Notes under the pieces: generated by a model
Seen by the model: the letters and a program-made list of their open reading frames with translations, nothing else
Database searches by the model: none
Told to the model about the DNA's origin: nothing
Program-made: the position numbers and the translations under genes
DNA from: the human T2T-CHM13v2.0 reference genome, Homo sapiens
Assembly: GCF_009914755.1 (NCBI RefSeq)
Contig: NC_060940.1
Length of the DNA stretch: 64,000 bases
Direction: 5' to 3' (one strand)
In this document: one piece after another, positions 1-64,000 of the stretch
How the letters are laid out: each line of letters opens with the position of its first letter
Numbering within the stretch: the first letter of the stretch is position 1

Positions 1-531
1 CCTGACCTCGTGATCCTACCGCCTCAGCCTCTCAAAGTGCTGGGATTACAGGCATGAGCCACCATGCCTGGCCGACTGTGCTTTATTTTATAACAGTTTG
101 TGTGTATGTGTGTGTAATGGCTCTGTGTACCCCAGATGGTGAGGCCACGTACAGATTTTTGGGTCTGCTGCTGCACTGAGGGCTTCATTTTACTAAAAAC
201 CTTCCTTGAGTTTCTTTGCTCCTCAGGCAAGGAGATGCCAGAGCAGCCTGGAAGCTACCTCTCCTCTACTAACCATACTGCCCTAGGAGGTATAGGGTGG
301 AGCATAAGGCCTCTAAGCTCCTTGGGGGCACACTGTTTTCTTGAGCCCCCACCAAACCCGCAGTTGCAGGCATCCCTACTTCCCACTTCACTGCAGAGCC
401 CAGGACCTGCATTGCTGAGAACAGCAACAGTGAGAGGCAGTTCATCACCTCCCTGGAGGCCTCCTAGGTTCACAGAAGAAACAGCAGGCATTGAAGTGGG
501 AGAAGGAGGATGAGACCTGGGCCAAGTGTAG

Positions 532-935
<404 letters not shown>

Positions 936-959
936 AATCAATTGTTTTTAACCACCTAC

Positions 960-2388
960 TGTGTCCGGAATTGGTGGGTTCTTGGTCTCACTAACTTCAA
1001 GAATGAAGCCACGGACCCTTGCCGTGAGTGTTACAGCTCTTAAGGTGGTGCGTCTGGAGTTTGTTCCTTCTGACGTTCGGATGTGTTCAGTTTCTTCCTT
1101 CTGGTGGGTTCGTGGTCTCCTTGGCTCAGGAGTGAAGCTGCAGACCTTCACGGTGAGAGTTACAGCTCTTAAGGTAGTGCGTCGGGAGTTGTTGGTTCCT
1201 CTCGGTGGGCTCCTAGTCTTGCTAGCGTCAAGACTAGAAGCTGTAGACCTTTGCGGTGAGCGTTACAGCTCATAAAAGGAGTGGGGACCTAAAGAGTAAG
1301 CAGCAGCAAGATTTATTGCCAAGAGCGAGATAACAAGACCTCCCCAATACCACAGGGGATCCTAGCAGGTTGCCGCTGCTGGCTCCGCAACCTGCTTTTA
1401 TTCTCTTATCTGGCCCCACCCACATCCTGTTGATTGGTAGAGCTGAGTGGTCTGTTTTGACAGGGCGCTGATTGGTGTGTTTACAATCCCTGAGCTAGAC
1501 ACAAAGGTTCTCCACGTCCCCACCAGATTAGTTAGATACAGAGTATCGACACAAAGGTTCTCCAAGGCCCCACCAGAGTAGCTAGATACAGAGTGTGGAT
1601 TGGTGCACTCACAAATGCTGAGCTAGACACAGGGTGCTGATTGGTGTGTTTACAAACCTTGAGCTAGATACAGAGTGCCCATTGGTGTATTTACAATCCC
1701 TGAGCTGGACATAAAGGTTCTCCACGTCTCCACCAGACTCAGGAGCCCAGCTGGCTTCACTCAGTGGATCCCGCATTGGGGCTGCATGGTGGAGCTGCTT
1801 GCCAGTCCTGCGCCCTGCGCCCGCACTCCTCAGCCCTTGGGTGGTCGATGGGACTGGGCGCCGTGGAGCAGGGAGCGGCGCTCGTCGGGGAGGCTCTGGC
1901 GGCACAGGAGCCCACGGCGTGGCTGGGGAGGCTCAGGCATGGCGGGCTGCAGGTCCGGAGCCCTGCCCCGCGGGGAGGCAGTTAAAGCCGGGCGAGAAAT
2001 CGAGCGCAGCGCCAGTGGGCCGGCACTGCTGGGGGACCCAGCACACCCTCTGCAGCCGCTGGTCGGGGTGTTAAGCCCCTCATTGCCCGGGGCTGGTAGG
2101 GTCGGCCGGCTACTCCGAGTGCGGACCCGCCAAGCCCACACCCACCCGGAACTCGTACTGGCCCGCAAGCACCGCGCACAGCCCCGGTTCCCACCCACGC
2201 CTCTCCCTCCACACCTCCCTGCAAGCTGAGGGAGCCGGCTCCGGCCTTGGCCAGCCCAAAAAGGGGCTCCCGCAGTGCAGCGGTGGGCTGAAGGGCTCCT
2301 CAAGTGCCGCCAAAGCGGGAGCCCAGGCAGAGGAGGCGCGGAGAGCGAACGAGGGCTGTGAGGACTACCAGCACGCTGTCACCTCTCA
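960..2388 (-). mobile_element. Solo LTR12C (ERV9/HERV9 LTR), full length
   Basis: - strand begins TGAGAGGTGACAGCGTGCTGG and ends AAGAACCCACCAATTCCGGACACA; tandem CCAATC repeats 1430-1690; 4-bp TSD CTAC (956-959, 2389-2392). Confidence 0.92.
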
Positions 2389-2689
2389 CTACCATGTCCT
2401 CAGCACTGTTCTAAGGCCTGAGGATACAATGGTGAACAAACCAAACATCCTGCTTTAATGGAGCAGGATGGGAATAATGACGATAATCATAATGGTTAAT
2501 ACTTTTTGAGTATTTACTATGGAGTCAAGCATTTATCCTACCCTCACAACAATCTCAGATATTTGATACTATTATTAACTTACTTTATAGATGGTTACAC
2601 AGAGTTAGAGCAGGGTCCATCTCCATTGTGACTGACCTCAGTGCCTCTCAGCCTCATTATTTTGTAAATTTATTTTTTTTTAAATTTTA

Positions 2690-3720
2690 TTTGTTTTTTG
2701 AGACAGAATCTCGCTCTGTCACCCAGGCTGGAGTGCAGTGGCACGATCTCAGCTCAGTGCAATTTCCGCCTCCTGGCTTCAAATGACTCTCCTGACTCAG
2801 CTTGCCGAATAACTGAATTACAGGCTCCTGCCACCACGCCTGGCTAATTTTTGTATTTAAAAAATTGGCCATTGGCGGCCGGGCACTGTGGCTCATGCGT
2901 GTAATCCCAGCACTTTGGGAGGCCGAGGTGGGTGCATCATGAGGTCAGGAGATCAAGACCATCCTGGCTAACACGGTGAAACCCCCGTCTCCACTAAAAG
3001 TACAAAAAACTAGCTGGGCGTGGTGGCGGGTGCCTGTAGTCCCAGCTACTCAGGAGGCTGAGGCAGGAGAATGTCATGAACCTGGGAGGCAGAGCTTGCA
3101 GTGAGCCGAAATGGTGCTACTGCACTCCAGCCTGGGAGACAGAGTGAGACTCCATCTCAAAAAAAAAAAAAAAAAAAAAATTGGCCACTGACTGGGCACG
3201 GTGGCTCACGCTTGTACTCCCAACGCTTTGGGAGGCCGAGGTGGGTGGATCACCTGAGGTCAGGAGTTGGAGACCAGCCTGAACATGGTGAAACCCCGTC
3301 TCTACTAAAAATACAAAAATTAGCTGGGCGTGGTGGCACATGCTTGTAATCCCAGCTACTCAGGAGGCTGAGGCAAGAGAATCACTTGAACCTGGGAGGC
3401 GGAGGTTGCAGTGAGCCGAGATCACACCACTGTACTCCAGCCTGGGCAACAGAGTGAGACTCTGTCTCACAACAACAATAACAAAAAAATTGGCCAGGCT
3501 CATCTTGAATTCCTGACCCCGAGTTTTCTGCCTGCCTTGGCCTCCCAGAGTGCTGGGATTACAGGCATGAGCCACTTCGTCCGGCCCTAATTTATATATA
3601 TTTTAGAGACGGGGTCTTGCTATGTTGCCCAGGCTGGTCTCAAACTCCCAAGCTCAAGCCATCCTCCCACCTTGGCCTCCCAAAGTGTTGGGATTACAGG
3701 CGTGAGCACCTGTGCCCAGC
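2690..3720. mobile_element. Alu cluster, mixed orientation, nested
   Basis: Alu consensus blocks; aaaaattggcca repeated near 2860, 3176 and 3485. Confidence 0.9.
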
Positions 3721-4037
3721 TTTAGGCTCCTTATTAACAACAGATTTGGAAAGTACATTCTTGTAAGAAAAATTCAAACAATACAGATAAAGCTCAAGTT
3801 CTCCCCGCTTGTCCCCATGCTTAGCAGTCTCTCCCTAGCATGCGTTCGCTTCCAGCCCTGTTCCTGTGTATCCACACACTATCTGTCCATAAACATTATT
3901 TTTTATTTGAGGGGCTTCCCATACATATTGCTCTACAACTTGCTGCTTTTCCCTTAACATGATGTCCTGAACATCACTCCCTACTGAACATATAGAGCAT
4001 CTGTCTTGCATGGATGTGCCTAGTTTAGTTTTCCAGT

Positions 4038-4994
<957 letters not shown>

Positions 4995-5398
4995 TAGTAA
5001 CCTAGAGAGAGACACTCAGAGTATTTCCAATTGTCATCTATGACAATCAATGCTGCCATTCACAACTTTCCCAAAAGGTCCGCAGATCCCCTCCCCATTA
5101 CGGAGTTGGAAAGTTTCTTCCCAAAGGATCCACGTGATGAAACCAGCGCAAACCTTTCCAACTGCAAATCGAATGGCAGCTGCTTCCGCTTGGGCAAAGC
5201 GTGATTTTTTTTTTTCCTCCATCAGTGGATTTTTCTCCAGAGGAAAGCGGAAGCTCCTGGTGCCGTCCAGAAGGTGTTAAAAAAAAAAAAAAAAAAAAAC
5301 CCAAACGAGAAAACAAACAAAAAAGCTACACATTAACCTATTAACCTGGATCCCGGAGTCCCAGAAAACGGGCCTCTGTCTTTAAGGCGCTTCGGTCC

Positions 5399-5416
5399 TC
5401 TGGGAGTTGTAGTTTC
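5399..5416 (-). promoter_or_regulatory. ZNF143/THAP11-type motif, opposite orientation
   Basis: reverse complement GAAACTACAACTCCCAGA. Confidence 0.8.
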
Positions 5417-5573
5417 GTGGGTCCTGGAGCGGCCCCCTTCCCATCTCCCTTCTGGATTGCAGCCCCGCTGCCCTTCAGGAAAGCGCTGCCCCGGCCACCC
5501 ACGCTGGCCTATGCGGTGGCTCCGACCGTGTTTTTTGCCGGACGGGGGCTCGGCCTTGGGGGGGCGCGGAGGT

Positions 5574-5597
5574 GAAACTACACTTCCCGGAGTGCAC
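5574..5597 (+). promoter_or_regulatory. ZNF143/THAP11-type motif
   Basis: GAAACTACACTTCCCGGAGTGCAC matches ACTACAnnTCCCRRnnTGC. Confidence 0.8.
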
Positions 5598-5658
5598 CGC
5601 GAGGGTCGCGCAGCCTCGCGTTAAAGAGCCCGCTCCGCCGAGCGCCGGGCGACGGCAG
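5590..5658 (+). other. FCSK: FCSK non-coding exon 1 (5' end approximate)
   Basis: Inside CpG island just after ZNF143-type motif; donor CAG|GTACGT at 5658/5659. Confidence 0.8.
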
Positions 5659-6277
5659 GTACGTCAGTCCGCGAGGGTCGCCGCAGCGCCCCTTGCGCCC
5701 CTTGCGCCCCTTGCGCCCCCTCAGCTTTCCGGTGCACCCTCCCTGACTGGGAGCACCGAGTCGACCCGCGGGCCGCCCGGGTCCTGACAGGGAAGAGTCC
5801 CCGGGAGCTCTGCGGTGCCCCGGGAGCCCACAGGTGTTTCTACGCTCCCGCGTCCATTTGGCCTGGGTCTTCCAAGGGGAGCCCCGCGACCCGGCTGGTG
5901 CGGCCGGACCTGCTGGCAGCTGGGACCGGGAGGGATGCGGGCCTCAGAGGATCCTCACCCTGAGGCAGGTGGGGCCCTGGATGCCGGCGCTGCTCTGATT
6001 TTACTTTGAGGCCGCTTCTCCTCTCTCAGTTTACCCGGCCAGGGCTCAGTATTATGCACAAATCTCAATGATGTGCTCTTGGGTAATTTACAAAACGATT
6101 TTACTCCCAAGTAACTTCTTTCGGTCTGTTATTTAGAAGGCAGCAAGTCAGAGTCCTCCGTGAGCCTTTTTTTCCTCTTTAAAGTTCTAAAATGTGCAGT
6201 CCCTGACCCACCTGTCTTCAAAAGGTTCATATGAAGAGTTCTTAGTACTTTATTCTATCTCTGGCTCCCCAACCCTA

Positions 6278-11794
<5,517 letters not shown>

Positions 11795-12929
11795 TCAGTG
11801 TCCCAGCTGTGCTCAGTCACTGGTTGTGAGAAGGTTCGTTCAAAGCGTGGCCTCCATGTAAACAAGGTGGGAGATTCAGATCGTAGCAGCTGGGGGCGTC
11901 TGTTAGTTACACTCCCTGCTGCAGCTGACCTGAGGGTTAGACGTGCCTACGGCCATACAGTAAATTGGTGGCAAAGTTGGAGGGAGGGCTTGGTGGGCAT
12001 CCTGGGAGGAGCCTTCACCCTCAAGTGCCTGGCTGGGATCTCTAGCTGGAATTTCCCCTCTGGATTTCCCTGCTGGGCTGAGTAGGGAATGGAGCAATTT
12101 CTGACAGAGGCTTTTCCTGAAGGCGTGGGTGTTGCTGAGTGGTGGTGTCCTGTCAGCCTCTTCTCTTCTGGTGGCAGCAGAGCCTGGCACTGGAATAGCC
12201 TGTGGCTGAGCTTCAGGTTTCCTGTCACTTTGGCTGGGGTGTGGGCTGACCACCAGATGTGTGCTCAGGGCGCAGCTCAGCCAGTGGTGAGCAGCTTACT
12301 TGCATGGGCTTTTCCCATGCTGAGTTTTGAGGGGTGGAGGGAGGAAATGGGGGTGCTGCTTTGTGGGACAGCAGTGGGAGCCCTGCCAGAGGTGAATGTG
12401 TGGGTACTCCTGGGGGACTCGGTCTCGGGGAGGCCAGGGGCTCAGGAGTCAGATTGGTTTTCCATCTGGCAGGAGTGCTGGCAGGTTGGGGGAGACAGGG
12501 GTGGGGGTGAAGCCAAATCTTTGGCCTTGCTTTCCCCCTACTTGCTGAGAGTGCCCTGGAGGAAGATGGCGGGCAGGTAGGGCTGCAGCCCCCGCTGGGC
12601 TGGCTGAGACCCCTGGGAAGGGAGGTCTCCAAGTGCCTGCTCCTGCAGCTCTGAGTGCATATGCGCTCCCCACAGCTGCCCCCTTCTCCGGGGAACCCCC
12701 ATCAGCTTGAGGAGCCTGGGGGGTGGGGTTAGGCATTTGCTCTCGCCTTCCTTTCCCCCTTGCTTTGGGTGGCCCCAACTCTTACCCCATCCTGCTGCCC
12801 TCCCTTCCTCCTTCCTGGGCACACTCCCTGGGGAAATCACACCCATCCACATTTTGGAATGTCAGCAGACATGCTGACCACGTGACCCAGCCATCCGCCT
12901 TGGTGTCCACCTGGGGAGATGAAATCTTC

Positions 12930-14160
<1,231 letters not shown>

Positions 14161-14221
14161 TTTAAAAAATAGTCACATCTACCCATATTGCTGTCTCAGG
14201 AAGCCCCTCCGCTTGGCCAGA

Positions 14222-30711
<16,490 letters not shown>

Positions 30712-31282
30712 AGCTGGCTTCTCTCTGCAACAGGAGAAAACCTGGAGCTACAGTGTCCCCCACCTTCCTTGCCCCATGGGAACCTCCACCTCCTACTCCC
30801 CACCCACCTCTGCGAATCTGCTCCCAAAGGAAGCTGACCAGAGCAAGATCTGGGCAAGCAGAGAGTGCCTGGGACAGGACTGTGACCTGGTGGACAGGGG
30901 CCTAGATGTAGCCTCTGTTCCTCCTGGACATAGGAAGGTCCCAAGCTTAGTATCCCACGTGGCCTTTACAAATCCTATGGCTGGCCTTCTCATTCCACAA
31001 GGGCCCTGGAAAGGGTTGACAGCCAGCCTTGGCATATGGCTGGGAGTCCCTTAGCAAGGCCAACCCTGAAGAGGCCCTTTGAGGCATTCCCTATGGCTTA
31101 GAGTTGTAGACTTACACTCAACCCTCATGTGAGCGTGGGAGTGAGGGTGGCGGTCCCTTGCCAAGTTGGTAGCAGTGACCCAGTGATTCACTGCCATCCC
31201 AGGCCTTAACTAGCAAAACTACGGAGCGTGCCAAGTGACCTGGTGCCTGTGGGAAGTGGGTTCTCAGGACTGGCATTCTTGG

Positions 31283-31288
31283 AATAAA
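31283..31288 (+). terminator. FCSK polyadenylation signal
   Basis: AATAAA about 570 nt after the stop codon. Confidence 0.85.
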
Positions 31289-31616
31289 TTCACTCTGTCC
31301 TTGCAGGTGGTCCTCGTAAAGTCACTTTTGCTCCTGCTGGGAGCAGTTCCCACTTCTCTACACCATGGGGAACTGGCCCTGGGGTGATCCAGCTTGTGGT
31401 GCTGGGGGCCCAAGAGGGGCACGAGGGTCTGGGACTGGATGGGGGCTCCTGCCATCATGTGGGCCCCGGACACAGCTGTGTGCTGCACTGTGTGTGGGAG
31501 CAGGCTGAGGTCTTGGGTTTTACCTTCCTATTTCAGTGCAACTGATAGACCTGCCCTGCCCCATAGCATCTGGCCCTCCCTGGTAACAGCACACTGGCAT
31601 CTCTCCAAGGAGTAGC

Positions 31617-31622
31617 TTTATT
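31617..31622 (-). terminator. COG4 polyadenylation signal
   Basis: TTTATT on + strand = AATAAA on -, about 420 nt after the stop. Confidence 0.85.
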
Positions 31623-32040
31623 CAGGGATCATAAACATCACAGCCTCTCCTCAAAGTCAAGCCTAACTGCTAGGTCCCCAGATGTACCCAAGTTGTCTAG
31701 GACTGGCAGGGGTAGCTTGTTTGCTGTAGTGTTTGAGGGCAAGAGACTGACCATCCATGCAGAAAGCTGGCCTGGGCTGCTCGCTGCCTGCCGTGGCTTT
31801 CCCACCTCATTAGGAGCCCGCTTCTCTCGGTGGGGAGATGCTGCCCCCAGAGCATCACCTGGCCAGGTCTGAGGGCAGAGCATGGAGTGGGTCCAGACTT
31901 TGTTTCTCTGCTGCCAGCCGTAGAAAGGTCTGGGCTGTCAGATCTCCCCCAAGCCCGACAGCCTCGCTCAGCTCCTTGGCTGGGGCCCCTTAGGGAACAG
32001 GCCTGCAAGTGTGATGAGCCAGGTGTGCTCATCCAGGCAG

Positions 32041-63614
<31,574 letters not shown>

Positions 63615-64000
63615 TCAACAGGGAGAAAATGAAAATTCAAGTAAAGAATAGTACTGTGGCAGGTCCATGCCACTTTGTGTAATACTATTCATCCAGCAAA
63701 TACGTATTAAGCACTTACCATGTGCAAGATGCTGTGCTAGTAATATGCATGATTACAAGATGAATCAGCCCTGATCCTACCATCACAGAAGTTAGGATCA
63801 GGTAGAAGAGATAGTTTGTGCACAAATCAAGATGATGAAATACAGTACATGATGTGTCATAAGAAAGGTGCCAAAGTCCGGGCACGGTGGCTCATGCCTG
63901 TAATCCCAGCACTTTGGAAGGCCGAGATGGCTGAATCACAAGGTCAAGGGATTGAGACCATCCTGGCCAACATGGTGAAACCCTGCCTCTACTAAAAATA

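Larger units (their letters stand above)
5345..5990. promoter_or_regulatory. CpG island / FCSK promoter
   Basis: Dense CpG, GC-rich non-repeat stretch around exon 1. Confidence 0.9.

Noticed and set aside
1430-1720. Regularly spaced repeats resembling a CRISPR array
   Set aside because: They are the LTR12 U3 tandem enhancer repeats; human DNA, no unique spacers or cas genes
948-2313. Overlapping ORFs up to 184 aa
   Set aside because: All inside the GC-rich LTR12C; no gag/pol/env similarity
5000-5300. Unique segment ending in a 21-nt poly(A), possible processed pseudogene
   Set aside because: No recognisable parent ORF, no AATAAA before the tract and no target-site duplication found

Overview
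Human genomic DNA, recognised from the encoded proteins as the FCSK-COG4 locus (chr16q22.1 from prior knowledge). The + strand holds the complete fucose kinase gene FCSK (FUK): CpG-island promoter and non-coding exon 1 (to 5658), 23 coding exons from 14222 to 30711 that splice GT-AG into a 3255-nt CDS (1084 aa), and AATAAA at 31283. The - strand holds the 3' part of COG4 (exons 5-19, 63610 to stop at 32041, AATAAA at 31617-31622), so the genes converge with about 300 bp between 3' ends. The rest is Alu-dense, with a solo LTR12C, a MER4-group LTR, MER20/MER3/Tigger3/MADE1 relics, L1/L2/MIR fragments and a 24-bp purine/pyrimidine minisatellite in COG4 intron 14. I found no wholly new gene system. 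The best leads are a candidate FCSK intron-1 exon giving an in-frame N-terminal extension, a COG4 poison exon, a candidate COG4 intronic terminal exon, a divergent ZNF143-type promoter plus a leftward LTR12C promoter, and a degenerate pyrophosphorylase-like N-terminal half of FCSK. Exon boundaries were read by hand; repeat boundaries and subfamily calls are approximate.
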